A stretch of DNA of 64,000 nucleotides from Candidatus Xenobia bacterium (GTDB lineage: Bacteria > Vulcanimicrobiota > Xenobia > Xenobiales > QWHO01). Each line of letters starts with the position of its first letter. Within the stretch, counting starts at the first letter, position 1. The position numbers were made by a program, and so were the translations under genes. Where the stretch lies: assembly GCA_045863235.1 (NCBI GenBank), contig BTUM01000003.1, positions 152,861 through 216,860 on the forward strand, in the 5' to 3' direction. This document shows, in pieces, positions 1-10,399 of the stretch. The notes under the pieces are model-generated. The model saw only the letters and a list, made by a program, of their open reading frames with translations. It was not told where the DNA came from and made no database searches.

Positions 1-248
1 GCATGCTGGGCTCCTTCGTGGCCGCGCGCCGGCCGGGCTTTGACTGGAGTGAGCTCGAACGCCACCTCGATAGCCTGCAGTTGAAGAATCGGGAGCGCAT
101 CGTGCGCTTCGACATGCCCGCCCTGGAGATCTCGGCCTCCGACCTGCGCCTGCGCCGTCGAGAGGGGCGATCGATCCGATACCTGGTGCCCGAAGCGGTG
201 CGCCTGCGCATCCTGGAGGCCGGTCTTTACAGCGGCCTGGAGGAGTGA
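1..248 (+). CDS. nadD: Nicotinate-nucleotide adenylyltransferase, C-terminal part (5'-truncated by window)
   Basis: ISASDLR..GRSIRYLVPEAV..I...GLY C-terminal signature; directly upstream of rsfS. Confidence 0.85.
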   Translation, partial: MLGSFVAARRPGFDWSELERHLDSLQLKNRERIVRFDMPALEISASDLRLRRREGRSIRYLVPEAVRLRILEAGLYSGLEE

Positions 249-350
249 ACCCACTGAGCCACGTATCTGCAAGCGAAGCGCGCAGCGAGCCGCAGGCGAG
301 CGTAGTGCGTTTGAGCGATTCCCCACCGAGAACAGACGGAGCAGGCTGAA

Positions 351-749
351 TTGGAACCCATCGACATCGCCCGGTTGGCGGCCCAGGTGGCCGAAGACAA
401 GCTCGGTCGCGGAGTGCTCATCCTGGACCTGAGCCAGATCTCGATCATGTGCGACTACTTCGTGGTGGTCAGCGCTCCCACGCGCATCCAGACCCGCGAC
501 ATCGCCCGGGCCATCGAAGAGAAGCTCAGCCAGCAGCAAGTCGCTGGGAAGCCCCTGCAGGGGATGCGCGAAGGCTCCTGGATCCTGATGGACTTTGGCA
601 CCGTGGTGGTGCACATCTTCCTCGAGGCCGAGCGCCGCTTCTACGACCTGGAGGGTCTCTGGAGCCAGGCCCGGGTCATCTACGAATCCAGCGATCACGA
701 CTATCCCGAGACCACGACGGCCAGCGCCGGCCGCCGCAGCAACCAGTAA
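351..749 (+). CDS. rsfS: Ribosome silencing factor RsfS/Iojap
   Basis: CDYFVVVSA, WILMDFGTVVVHIF, RRFYDLEGLW motifs. Confidence 0.95.
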   Translation: MEPIDIARLAAQVAEDKLGRGVLILDLSQISIMCDYFVVVSAPTRIQTRDIARAIEEKLSQQQVAGKPLQGMREGSWILMDFGTVVVHIFLEAERRFYDLEGLWSQARVIYESSDHDYPETTTASAGRRSNQ

Positions 750-762
750 GGAGAACGAAACC

Positions 763-3024
763 ATGAACCCAGCCGACCTGAAACGGATCCAGGCCCTCTA
801 CGAATCCTTCCCTGCCCGCCAGGAGGCCATCCGCAAAGTGCTGGGCCGAGATTCGCTCACCGCTACCGAGAAGATTCTCTACAGCCACCTCATCCCCAGC
901 CAGGCCCCACCCAGGGTGCGCGGAGAGAGCATGCTGCTGCTCAACCCCGACCGGGTGGCTCTTCAGGATGCCACCGCCCAGATGGCCATGCTGCAATTCA
1001 TGCAGGCCCAGCGCGAGGAGGCAGCGGTGCCCAGCACCATCCACTGCGACCATCTCATCCGCGCCCAGGCCGGGGCCGGGCCGGACCTCGAGAAGGCTCT
1101 GGAGGAGAACAACGAGGTCTACGCCTTCCTCAAATCGGCCGCGGCCCGCTACGGGCTGGGCTTCTGGAAGCCGGGCAGCGGCATCATCCACCAGGTGGTG
1201 CTGGAAAAGTATGCCTTCCCAGGCGGGCTGATGATCGGCACTGACAGTCACACTCCCAACGCCGGCGGCCTGGGTATGCTGGCCATCGGGGTGGGTGGAG
1301 CCGACGCCGCCGAGGTCATGGCCGGGCTGCCCTGGGAGGTCCGCTCGCCCAAACTGGTGGGCGTGCACCTCAAGGGCAAGCTGAGCGGCTGGACTTCGCC
1401 CAAGGACGTTATCTTGTGGGTTTGCGGCAAGCTCACCACCGCCGGCGGCACCAACAAGATCGTGGAGTATTTCGGGGAGGGCGCGCGCAGCATCAGCGCC
1501 ACCGGACGAGGCACCATCACCAACATGGGCGCCGAGCTGGGCGCTACCACCTCGGTCTTCGCCTTCGACGAGCGCACCGCCGCCTATCTACGCGCCACTG
1601 AGCGGGCCGGGGTGGCTGAGCTGGCCGAGAAGTATCGCGAATTCCTGACCGCCGATCCGGATGTGGAGGCCCACCCCGAGAAATACTTCGACGAGCTGCT
1701 GGTGCTGGATCTGTCCACCCTCGAGCCCTACATCGTCGGCCCTCACTCGCCCGACCGGGCGCGTCCCCTCTCCGAGCTCAAAGCCGAGGTCGCGAAAGAA
1801 GGCTGGCCTCAAACCTACAAAGCCTGCCTCATCGGCAGCTGCACCAACTCGAGCTACGAGGACATGGAGCGGGCCGCCAACATCGCCCGTCAGGCCGCCG
1901 CCAAAGGACTCAAGGCCCGCTCCAACCTGATGGTTACGCCTGGTTCGCAGCAGATCTTCGAGACCATCCAGCGCGACGGACAGATGAAGGCTTTCCACGA
2001 GGTGGGCGCGGTGGTGCTGGCCAACGCCTGTGGCCCCTGCATCGGAATGTGGAACCGCCAGGACGTGGCTCCAGGCGAGACCAACGCCATCCTGACCAGC
2101 TACAACCGTAACTTCCCCAAGCGAAACGACGGCAACCCCGACACCCTGGCCTTCATCGCCAGCCCCGAGCTGGTGATGGCTGCGGCTCTGGCCGGCCGAC
2201 TCGACTTCAACCCGGTCCAGGACTCGCTGGACGGACTCAAGTTCGAGCCACCCACCGCCCCCGAGCTGCCTCCGAACGGATTCGTGATCAGCTGGGACGG
2301 CTTCGTGGCCCCGCCCGAGGACCGCAAATCGGTCACTGTCAAAGTCGACCCCGGCTCGAGCCGATTGGAGATTCTCGAGCCCTTCGACCCCTGGCACGGC
2401 AAGGACTATGTCGACCTGCCCGTGCTGGTGAAGACCCAGGGGCAGACCACCACCGACCACATCTCCCCGGCCGGTAAGGTGTGGCTGCCCCTGCGCGGTC
2501 ACCTCACCGGCATCAGCCACAACATGCTGCACGGGGCGGTGGACGCCGCCACCGGCAAGGTGGCCGACCCCGTCACCATGAAGGTGGCCGGAGTGGAGCG
2601 GCCCGCCTCCCCCTGGGCTCTCAAGGCCCTGGAGCTCAAGCAGAGCGTCATCGTGGGCGACCGCAACTACGGCGAGGGCTCCTCGCGCGAGCACGCGGCC
2701 ATGTCGCCGCGCCTGCTGGGCGTGAAGGCGGTCATCACGCGCAGTTTCGCCCGCATTCACGAGACCAACCTCAAGAAGCAGGGCATCCTGCCGCTGACCT
2801 TCTCCTCCCCCGAGGACTACGACAAGATCCACAAGGACGACAAGATCAGCCTGCTCGAGCTGGACAAGCTCGCCCCCGGCAAACCGGTCAAGGCGGTGGT
2901 CACCGACAAGGACGGCAACAAGCACGAGCTGAGCTTGAATCACACCATGACCGCCGAGCAGATCGACTGGTTCAAAGCCGGCTCAGCCATGAACTCCGTG
3001 CGCCAGCGCGAGAAGGTCGGCTAA
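763..3024 (+). CDS. acnA: Aconitate hydratase (mitochondrial-like type)
   Basis: PDRVALQDATAQMA, IGSCTNSSY, NACGPCIG, GEGSSREHAA; ATG763 after AAGGAG. Confidence 0.93.
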   Translation: MNPADLKRIQALYESFPARQEAIRKVLGRDSLTATEKILYSHLIPSQAPPRVRGESMLLLNPDRVALQDATAQMAMLQFMQAQREEAAVPSTIHCDHLIRAQAGAGPDLEKALEENNEVYAFLKSAAARYGLGFWKPGSGIIHQVVLEKYAFPGGLMIGTDSHTPNAGGLGMLAIGVGGADAAEVMAGLPWEVRSPKLVGVHLKGKLSGWTSPKDVILWVCGKLTTAGGTNKIVEYFGEGARSISATGRGTITNMGAELGATTSVFAFDERTAAYLRATERAGVAELAEKYREFLTADPDVEAHPEKYFDELLVLDLSTLEPYIVGPHSPDRARPLSELKAEVAKEGWPQTYKACLIGSCTNSSYEDMERAANIARQAAAKGLKARSNLMVTPGSQQIFETIQRDGQMKAFHEVGAVVLANACGPCIGMWNRQDVAPGETNAILTSYNRNFPKRNDGNPDTLAFIASPELVMAAALAGRLDFNPVQDSLDGLKFEPPTAPELPPNGFVISWDGFVAPPEDRKSVTVKVDPGSSRLEILEPFDPWHGKDYVDLPVLVKTQGQTTTDHISPAGKVWLPLRGHLTGISHNMLHGAVDAATGKVADPVTMKVAGVERPASPWALKALELKQSVIVGDRNYGEGSSREHAAMSPRLLGVKAVITRSFARIHETNLKKQGILPLTFSSPEDYDKIHKDDKISLLELDKLAPGKPVKAVVTDKDGNKHELSLNHTMTAEQIDWFKAGSAMNSVRQREKVG

Positions 3025-3045
3025 CCTCTCGCCTGGACCGGGGAC

Positions 3046-4242
3046 TCAGGGCGTGAGGTGGAGCATCGAGTTGCGATAGACCTCGAGGTTCGCCTCGGTG
3101 ATCTCCGGGGTCCCGCGGACCGAGTAATAGCGAGAGAAGGCGTCGGCGGCCGGGGAGCCCGGGACCAGCATCGCCTCCAACCTGGCGATGTCCAGGGTCG
3201 GTAGCCCGTAGGTCTCGTGGAAGTCGTACTCGAGCTTCCAGGTCGGGTTGTCCAGGTCCAGGTAGTAAGCCTGGTAGTTCGTCAGATCAACTCGGTAGAC
3301 CAGAAAGGCGGGGTTGTTGCCGTACACCGGGCTCACGGCCGGGACGATCTTGCAGGGGACGTCCGGCAAGATCAGGCGGAAGTCGTCGCGGTGGGTGTGG
3401 CCGGCGAAGGCCACCTCCACAAGGCCGGAATGGCGTTCCAGGACTTGGAGGAACCCGGCCAGGTACTCCGGCCGCCAGAGCTCGAGCGGGTCGGGACGTC
3501 CCGCTTCGAAGGCGCGGGCGGTGTAATAGTTGTCCAGGCCGGGCGGAATGTGCATCGCCAGCCAAACCCGCTTGCCGGAAGAGGCGGCCCGCGTTAGCTC
3601 CTCGTCGAGCCACTGAAGCTCGCGCGAGCCGTCGTCCACCCCGACCCGGTTGGCCGAGAAGAACACCGTGTTCAGCCCGATGAGCTGGCGATCCGGGCGA
3701 CCCGGCATCGGGAACGAGCTGTAGCCCCCTTCGGCCAGCGTCTCGCGCACGAGGAGAGGAGAGCCCGACAGCGGCGCCCAGATCTCGCTGAAGCGCTTCA
3801 GGAACTGCCCGCCCGGACGAACCTGGTAGTTCCCGTCGAACGAGTCGTCATTGCCGGGGACGGTCAGAACCGGCGTGTCCGGCCAGCGCTCCTGGATCTC
3901 CGAGGCGATGTCCGCGACCGTCTGCACCGTGAACTCGTCGAACCCGGGGTGGGGCTTGTGCTCGGCATAGAGTTCCTCCCAGCGGTGGGCCAGAAGGTCG
4001 CCCGTGACCAGGATGAACTGCGGTTGGGGACACTGGCGCCGCGCCTCGTCCAGCGCGCTCTCGACCAGCTGGGCGCTCGAGTCCTGGCCCCGCTTCGGAA
4101 GGCCTCCCTTCTCGAACGGGTTGAGGTGCAGATCGGACAGAATCAGAAAGACCGGTGCCGGCTGGCCCCGCAGGGGCAGTGCGAACCAGACCAGAAGCGC
4201 AAGCAGGACGAGTAGCCTGCGCGCGGCGGACCCCTCGATCAA
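3046..4242 (-). CDS. Secreted metallophosphoesterase, acid sphingomyelinase-like
   Basis: Signal peptide; SDLH, TGD, GNDD, MHIPPG, GHTH motifs. Confidence 0.8.
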   Translation of the reverse strand: MIEGSAARRLLVLLALLVWFALPLRGQPAPVFLILSDLHLNPFEKGGLPKRGQDSSAQLVESALDEARRQCPQPQFILVTGDLLAHRWEELYAEHKPHPGFDEFTVQTVADIASEIQERWPDTPVLTVPGNDDSFDGNYQVRPGGQFLKRFSEIWAPLSGSPLLVRETLAEGGYSSFPMPGRPDRQLIGLNTVFFSANRVGVDDGSRELQWLDEELTRAASSGKRVWLAMHIPPGLDNYYTARAFEAGRPDPLELWRPEYLAGFLQVLERHSGLVEVAFAGHTHRDDFRLILPDVPCKIVPAVSPVYGNNPAFLVYRVDLTNYQAYYLDLDNPTWKLEYDFHETYGLPTLDIARLEAMLVPGSPAADAFSRYYSVRGTPEITEANLEVYRNSMLHLTP

Positions 4243-6335
4243 AGACTGAGCCGCGCCGTCTCGTAGGCTCGCAACAGCTCGATGGGGGGCTCCAGGCCCA
4301 GGTCACGCTGCAAGAGCTTGCGGCAGCTTTCGAAGCGGCGCACCGCCTCGGCCGGGCGCTTCAAGGCTAGATAGGCATTGAGCAGCCGCAACCAGGCGTC
4401 CTGGTGGTAGGGGTCGAGCTCCAGCGTGCGCTCGGCCAGCTCGACCACCGAGGCCGGATCGGTCTCGTGGGCCAGCAATGCCTCGAGGGCTGTGAGCACC
4501 AGCCGCTCGACACGGGTCCGGCGCAGCAGCACCCAGTCGGCGTACTGGCCCTCCAGGTAGGGGCCGCGGTACAGATCCACCACCCTGCGGCAGGCCTCCG
4601 GCTCCCGGGCGCCGGCCGCGGCCCGCTCGAGCTCATCATAGTCGTGCCAGCGAGGCAGCTCGGGATTGAGCTGGATGCCCTGGGAGGCGCGCACCACGTA
4701 ATTCAGCTCGCCCGGCCAGCCGGGCGGGCGCAGGTTGTTGCGCAGGTGCGAGAGCGTGGCCGACAGGTTTCGCTTGCCGCGCGGCTCCTCGGGCCAGAAG
4801 ACCTCGGTGAGCAGGTCCTCGCTGACGGGGCGGCCCTGCTGGGCTGCCAGAAAGGCCAGCATCAGGCGCACTTTGGGGCTCTTCCACTGACGGTCCTCAA
4901 GCCGGGTATCCCCGTGGAACACCTCGAACGGGCCCAGCGAAAAGAGCCGCAGCATGGGCGGTCCAACCGCACCGCTGCGCGGTTTGGCCGCCTGGCGCAC
5001 CTCGGGATCGGGATCCTCGACCAGCAGACGCAGGCCTTCCTCGGCCCACATCCCCCACGACCCGGACAGGGCCCGGGCTGCCGCCCGGCGAGCTGGAACG
5101 GAGAGCTGACCGCGCAACAAGAGCGCGTTGAACTCGCGGGGTGCCTCGCGGGCCAGGCTGGCCAGTAACGACTCGCAGCCCGGCTCGAGCAAGAGCCAGT
5201 CCAATCCCCAGCGAGCCAGGTCGGCTCGAGCCTGCAGCTGCTCGGGCTCGAGCAGGGTGGCCAGGGCTCCCTCGGGAGGTGGGTGGGCTCTCCAGCGGGC
5301 CTCCACCAGGGCGGCCAGAGCTGCTTGAGGACGCAGACCGAGCCGACTCGAGAGACCCGCTGCCTCGCGAGCCAGCTCGCCGGCCTCGTTCCCACCCAGC
5401 AACAGAGCCGCTTCCAGGGATGCCCGGGCGGTCGCCAGAGGACCCACCTGGCGAGCCAGCTCCACAGCTCGGCGAGCCTGCTCGGCATCGCCCAGACGGG
5501 CCAGGCCCAGCAGGGCTTCGACCTGCTCGCGAGTCGACCCGGTGTCAGCCAGGCTTTCATAGGCAAGGCGTGCGCTCTCGGGGGACTGCGACCGCTCCAG
5601 GGCACGAGCCACCGAGAGCACACTCACGCCCTTGCCGCTCGGCTCGGGCAGGGCGGCCTGATCGAGGGCGGCCAGGATCTCCGGGTCGGCCTCCTCCTCC
5701 AGCCCGTCGGCCCGGGCCTGGCAGGTGGCCGCGATGCGCTGCTGCAGGTCGGTCGGTTGGCCGGGGCCGGCCTTGCCCAGGGCCCGGGCCAGGGTGAGCA
5801 ATCGGGTCTCCAGAGCGGGCCCGGCTGCCATCCCGAGAGCCAGGGCAACGGTCTCGGCAAGACGTCCGGCTTCCCGGGCCGAGCCGTGAGCTTCGAGAGC
5901 CTGCTCCAGGCCCCAGACCGCGGTCTGGAGCAGATCAAGCTCGCGCTGGCTGACGACCCGGGCCAGGCGGCAGCGCTCGGCCTGACGCTCGACGGCCTCC
6001 ATGAACTCCCCCACCCGGAAGGGCTTCTTGAGATAGTCCCCTACCCCGAGACGGATGGCGCGGATCGAGTCGGCCTCGGTGGAGTAGCCCGTGATCACGA
6101 TGCTGCGGATGTCGGGCTGCTGGCTCTTCACCTGACCTAACGCGGTCAGGCCGTCGGTGCCTTCCATCCGCACGTCGGCGATGATCAGGTCGAACTGCCC
6201 CTGGCGACCGCGCTCGATGGCTTCGTCACCGCGGCCCACCGCCACCACCCGATAGCCCCGACCAGCCAGCGTGCCCTCGAGCAGTTCGCGCAACGTCTCG
6301 TCGTCTTCCAGCAGCAGGATGCTCAGCGGATCCAT
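4239..6335 (-). CDS. Response regulator: REC + helical region + wHTH/BTAD (SARP-like) activator
   Basis: LLLEDD..DVRM..KPF receiver; C-terminal LFSLGPFEV, LYRGPYLEG..DW, LELDPYHQDAW; ATG6335. Confidence 0.85.
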   Translation of the reverse strand: MDPLSILLLEDDETLRELLEGTLAGRGYRVVAVGRGDEAIERGRQGQFDLIIADVRMEGTDGLTALGQVKSQQPDIRSIVITGYSTEADSIRAIRLGVGDYLKKPFRVGEFMEAVERQAERCRLARVVSQRELDLLQTAVWGLEQALEAHGSAREAGRLAETVALALGMAAGPALETRLLTLARALGKAGPGQPTDLQQRIAATCQARADGLEEEADPEILAALDQAALPEPSGKGVSVLSVARALERSQSPESARLAYESLADTGSTREQVEALLGLARLGDAEQARRAVELARQVGPLATARASLEAALLLGGNEAGELAREAAGLSSRLGLRPQAALAALVEARWRAHPPPEGALATLLEPEQLQARADLARWGLDWLLLEPGCESLLASLAREAPREFNALLLRGQLSVPARRAAARALSGSWGMWAEEGLRLLVEDPDPEVRQAAKPRSGAVGPPMLRLFSLGPFEVFHGDTRLEDRQWKSPKVRLMLAFLAAQQGRPVSEDLLTEVFWPEEPRGKRNLSATLSHLRNNLRPPGWPGELNYVVRASQGIQLNPELPRWHDYDELERAAAGAREPEACRRVVDLYRGPYLEGQYADWVLLRRTRVERLVLTALEALLAHETDPASVVELAERTLELDPYHQDAWLRLLNAYLALKRPAEAVRRFESCRKLLQRDLGLEPPIELLRAYETARLSL

Positions 6336-6390
6336 TGCCGACCCACTTCGAAACCATGCCAGAGCAACCCTATTTGCAGAACACTTGGAG

Positions 6391-6951
6391 CTAAGCCTCT
6401 TGCTGTAGCGGCGCTGACAGAGCCTGCACGACCTCCACTGCCCGGTTGATCGCGTCCAGCACCACCGCGCTTCCTCCCACGTGGGCTGACACGACTTTGA
6501 ACACGGCCCCATGCTGGCTGACCAGGGAGCAACCCTGGCCGGCGCGGATGAACTCGCGCACCCTCTCTCGCACCGCGGGAAAGGCCAGCAGGGCCAGAAG
6601 TTGCTCGGGAGTCGAGCTCTGCAACTCGCACACCCGGTTGAAAGCTTCGTCGTCCGGCAGGCGGCAATGGCGGATCGGCCAGGCTCCCGCTTGAGCGATC
6701 TGGAATTCGAACTCGGGCGGCGTGATGAAACGCGCTACCACGGCCAGATGGTTGAGGGGTGCGCCCTCCACCACGGTCACTCCGATTCCCAGCTCGACCG
6801 GGATTCCCCGCACAGGTCCCCGGTAGGTGTCGGGACCCACTGATTGCAGACCGAGCTTCTGAGCGGCTTCCTGGCACGCGGCTCGGCGTCGGGAGCTGAC
6901 GCGGGCCAGGAACCAGCCCCCCGCTCCCAGCAGGCCTCCCAAGCCCAGCAA
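6391..6951 (-). CDS. Hypothetical membrane-anchored protein
   Basis: N-terminal hydrophobic helix; start uncertain (may be ~6975). Confidence 0.55.
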   Translation of the reverse strand: MLGLGGLLGAGGWFLARVSSRRRAACQEAAQKLGLQSVGPDTYRGPVRGIPVELGIGVTVVEGAPLNHLAVVARFITPPEFEFQIAQAGAWPIRHCRLPDDEAFNRVCELQSSTPEQLLALLAFPAVRERVREFIRAGQGCSLVSQHGAVFKVVSAHVGGSAVVLDAINRAVEVVQALSAPLQQEA

Positions 6952-7154
6952 AAAGGCTATCCCTCCGAGGTCCAGGGCTCACCCCCAACTCAGGTCGACT
7001 GATTCTTTGCGCTCAAAACCACGAGACGTTAAGCAGATCCCGCAAAGGGGACTTCCGGCCGGCCCCGGGCTTGATCCTTCTCGCAATGCCTCCGGGTGCA
7101 CAAGACCGTGGGCAGGTCTTTCAAGCCGCCCCTTGCTGATGTAGAATAGGAAGG

Positions 7155-8714
7155 ATGTCGGACCCCATCCGCTCGCTGGGCAAGCTGACCCCTCCCCCCT
7201 GGACCGTCAGCCGCAGCATAGCCCACGAGCCGTACTCCCAACCCACCGAGACCTTCTCCTCGGGCGTGACGCTGCTCGAGTCCATCCACCAGACCCGCAG
7301 CGCCTCGACCACTCCCCATCCTGGCTACCAGGTCACCGTCGAGGTTCCCGCCTCGATGATCGGCGGTCTCTCGGGCTATGTCGTCAACCTGGTCAGCAGT
7401 CAGCAGATGCTGCGACCCGCCGTACGGGACGCCGAGGTCATTCCTGAGGGTGATCGGGGCATCTTGACCCTCTCCCTGGACGGCCCGGTACCCCCGGAGG
7501 CCCAGGTCTGGTTGACAACCAGCACCGGGCAGGCCTATGCGCCCACCATGCTGGCCGTGCTGCCGGAGGAAGAAGCTCCTCCCCCACCCCGGCCCGAGCT
7601 CTCTCACCTGGCGGCCATCAGCCCGGCTCACCTCAATCCTCCCGAGGATGTGCTGGCGGCGCTGCGTCAGGCTCGCAAGGTGCTGGTGGTGTGCCACAGC
7701 CCTCCCGATGGGGATACGGCCGGCAGCGGGTTGGGCTTGCGCCGCACCCTCCAGGCCCTGGGCAAAGAGGCCGACCTCCTGCTCGATGGCGATCTTCCCG
7801 GTTGGATGCGCCAGCAAGCCGAGCCGGGCGAGTTCAAGCCATTCGAGGCGGTGCAGCACCAGGACTACGACCTGGTGGTGGTCGTGGACGTGGCTCAGGC
7901 CCACCGGATCGGGCGGGCCAGCGAGCTGGTCAGCCGCGCCCCACAGGTGGTGGTGCTCGACCACCACGACGGCGACCCCAGCCCGGAATCGTTGGGGATG
8001 CAGGGCCAGCTGGCCAAATGGATCGCCCCCACAGACGCCACCGCCTTACTGGTAGCGGCGGTGGCGGAGAAGCTGGGCCCCTCGAGCTGGGAAGGGATCG
8101 CCCCCCCTCTGGTGACTGGCATTCTCACTGATACCCAGCTTTTCCAGAAACCGGTCCGAGGCGAAACCGGACCCATCCTCAAGTACCTGCTGGAGAAGCG
8201 GGGCGGAGGCGAGCTCGAGCAGGCCTGTCGCCGAGTCGAGAGCCACCTGGCCGAGGAAGCCAGGGGACTGTTGATGGAGCCGATGCGTTTCAAGGGAGCC
8301 CTGCTCTCGCCCGAGGGCGAAGCCCTGCGCCAGGCCGCCCTGACCCAGCAGCAGAGCTATCATGAGGAGCTCTCGCCGGGACTCGGGCTGATGGTCGTCT
8401 CGGCCGAGGCCCAGAAGCTGGCCACCAGTTCGGGCAAGCTCTCCGATCCCGAGACCAACCGGGCCGATCTGCAGGACGCGTTCTTCGCCCGCCTCGACCA
8501 GCTGGCTGGCGAGCTGCCGGTCGCGGTGATGCTATGGGAGCAGCCCGATCACATTCACATCGCCATACGCTCCCAGAACCCGGAGCTGGCCAGCCAGCTG
8601 GCTCACACGCTGGGCGGTGGCGGCAAGCCGGGCCTGGCCGCGGCCCATCCGCGAAAGCCCCTGGCAGAGGTCCTGGAAATCGTGCGAGGCTGGTCCACCG
8701 TCAGCCGGTCTTGA
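7155..8714 (+). CDS. DHH/DHHA1 phosphoesterase (NrnA-like) with long N-terminal extension
   Basis: HSPPDGD, VVDVA, LDHH, GILTDT, GGGGK motifs. Confidence 0.8.
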   Translation: MSDPIRSLGKLTPPPWTVSRSIAHEPYSQPTETFSSGVTLLESIHQTRSASTTPHPGYQVTVEVPASMIGGLSGYVVNLVSSQQMLRPAVRDAEVIPEGDRGILTLSLDGPVPPEAQVWLTTSTGQAYAPTMLAVLPEEEAPPPPRPELSHLAAISPAHLNPPEDVLAALRQARKVLVVCHSPPDGDTAGSGLGLRRTLQALGKEADLLLDGDLPGWMRQQAEPGEFKPFEAVQHQDYDLVVVVDVAQAHRIGRASELVSRAPQVVVLDHHDGDPSPESLGMQGQLAKWIAPTDATALLVAAVAEKLGPSSWEGIAPPLVTGILTDTQLFQKPVRGETGPILKYLLEKRGGGELEQACRRVESHLAEEARGLLMEPMRFKGALLSPEGEALRQAALTQQQSYHEELSPGLGLMVVSAEAQKLATSSGKLSDPETNRADLQDAFFARLDQLAGELPVAVMLWEQPDHIHIAIRSQNPELASQLAHTLGGGGKPGLAAAHPRKPLAEVLEIVRGWSTVSRS

Positions 8715-8748
8715 GCCTGTCGCCCAGCCCGGCCTCGGTCACCAGATG
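8668..8748. repeat. Left copy of duplicated DHH-end/kdpE-end junction
   Basis: 8700-8748 matches 13679-13727 at 47/49 nt; 8668-8698 matches 13619-13649 at 25/31 nt. Confidence 0.9.
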
Positions 8749-8808
8749 GTGGGGCGGCTGAGCATCGACGCCCGCTTGATCGGCCTGATCATGTCCGCCG
8801 CTGCGCGC

Positions 8809-8837
8809 TTGACCAGACCACCTGACTAGATTAAGAT
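8809..8837 (+). promoter_or_regulatory. Sigma70-type promoter, probably giving a leaderless TA mRNA
   Basis: TTGACC-N17-TAAGAT, 6 nt before GTG8844. Confidence 0.65.
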
Positions 8838-8843
8838 GAGTCC

Positions 8844-9068
8844 GTGAAGGTTGTGAATGTCTATGAAGCCAAGACCCACCTGTCGAAGCTCCTGGAGGAA
8901 GCTCTGAGCGGGGAAGAGATCGTCATCGCTCGTGCCGGGAAGCCCATCGTAAAACTGGTCGTACTTCCCCAGGCTCGACCGCAGCGCCAGCTCGGCTGGT
9001 TCCGAGGCGCCGTCCGGCTCAGCCCTGATTTCGATGAGCCGCTGGAAGACTTCGCGGACTACCAGTGA
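8844..9068 (+). CDS. Phd/YefM family antitoxin
   Basis: VNVYEAKTHLSKLLE..GEEIVIARAGKPIVKL. Confidence 0.92.
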   Translation: MKVVNVYEAKTHLSKLLEEALSGEEIVIARAGKPIVKLVVLPQARPQRQLGWFRGAVRLSPDFDEPLEDFADYQ

Positions 9069-9454
9069 TGAGCTGGCTCCTGGACACCCACACGTTCCTG
9101 TGGGCAGCCAGCGACGATCCGGCTCTCAGCACCCTGGCCCGGAGTGCCATCCTGGATCCAGCCAATGAGCTGCTGTTGAGTCTGGCCTCGATTTGGGAGA
9201 TCGCCATCAAGCAAAGCCTTGGAAAGCTGCAGTTGGGGGGCTCGGTCCAGCAACTCGTCGACCAGGGGGTGGCCAGACTCGGACTCGTGCTTCTGGCTGT
9301 CAAGTTGGAGCACTGCCAGGTGGTCTCGCAAATGCCCTTTGTTCACAAGGACCCGTTCGATCGATTGCTCGTTTCCCAGGCCCGGATTGAGCGATTGGGT
9401 ATCTTGAGCTGCGATCGCATCTTCGATGACTACGGCATCCCCCGAGTCTGGTGA
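9065..9454 (+). CDS. vapC: PIN-domain VapC toxin
   Basis: LLDTHTFLW, SIWEIAIK, HKDPFDRLLVSQA. Confidence 0.92.
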   Translation: MMSWLLDTHTFLWAASDDPALSTLARSAILDPANELLLSLASIWEIAIKQSLGKLQLGGSVQQLVDQGVARLGLVLLAVKLEHCQVVSQMPFVHKDPFDRLLVSQARIERLGILSCDRIFDDYGIPRVW

Positions 9455-9644
9455 CCTGTCCGAATGACCGAGCACCAGTCCGCGCGTCGACTCGACCTTG
9501 TGCGTCGCTGCTTTCGCGCCGGTAGTTCCCGCCCGAAAACTTGAACGATTTTCTCAAGCTTGTAGTTTTTCTTGAGAGAGCTGCCAGTTAAAATGTTGCG
9601 CTCGCTATTCAGGTGGCGCAGGGGGCGGCTCGGCCCGGGCGGCC

Positions 9645-9800
9645 ATGCTGGCCAGCGTTGAGCTCTATCGCCTGACCGAGAGCTATCCGCGCGACTTCTC
9701 CAGGCTTTACGGACGGATCGGGTCCAAAGACCTGTTGGCGACGGCCAAAGCTCGGCTTCACCCGGACAACCTGGTGGTGGTGGTGCGGCCAGCGCCCGGA
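9645..9800 (+). pseudogene. C-terminal remnant of an M16 peptidase-like gene
   Basis: ELYRLTESYP..LLATAKARLHPDNLVVVVRP resembles M16 C-termini; no upstream body. Confidence 0.45.
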
Positions 9801-9834
9801 GGCGCCGCGCGTGGCACGGTCAAAGCGACGAAGT

Positions 9835-10399
9835 CTAATTGCGGAAGAAGGTCACCCCCTCCAGCTCCAGCTTCTCGGGCGCCGGGCTGCCGTAGCGCTT
9901 GCGACTGGTTTCCAGCCGCGTCTGGAGCAGGCTGTCGGTCCACCTGGCTGGCCAGCACGCGTCCCCCGGCGCGGTAACTGGCCAGGCCGGGCAGCGGGGC
10001 GGCCGTGGTGGTAGGCGTGGGCAGAGCGACCTCCAGCCAGCGCACCTCTCGGGCCGGGGCATCGTAGTAGCAGACGAAGTACTTGTGCCAGCCCGGGGAG
10101 CCAACGGCGGGATCGTAATCGTAGCGCTGGGCTACTTCGTCCCAAGAAGACAAAAAGGCCAGCGCCGTGCCGGCGTTGGGTCCCGGATCGAGGGTGGCGC
10201 TCTCGTAGGCGCTCCGCTCCACCTCGCGGGCCAGCCTCTCGGTCACCACCCGGAGGTCCTGGATCAACGACACCTGAGCGTCGCCCTTCATCCAGGCATT
10301 GGCTCCCGTGCGGTAGACGGCGAACATCAGCACCATCAAGAGGCTCAGCAGCCCCAGGCTCACCAGCGTCTCGAGCAGGGTCTGACCCCGCTCTCTCAA
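9835..10399 (-). pseudogene. Prepilin-type (PilW/PulJ-like) protein, frameshifted near 9935
   Basis: MRERG|QTLLETLVSLGLL; C-terminus TDSLLQ..VTFFRN is in another frame. Confidence 0.7.

Noticed and set aside
268..310. GCGAAGC/GCGAGC-rich tract between nadD and rsfS as a REP element
   Set aside because: No second copy seen and no clean stem
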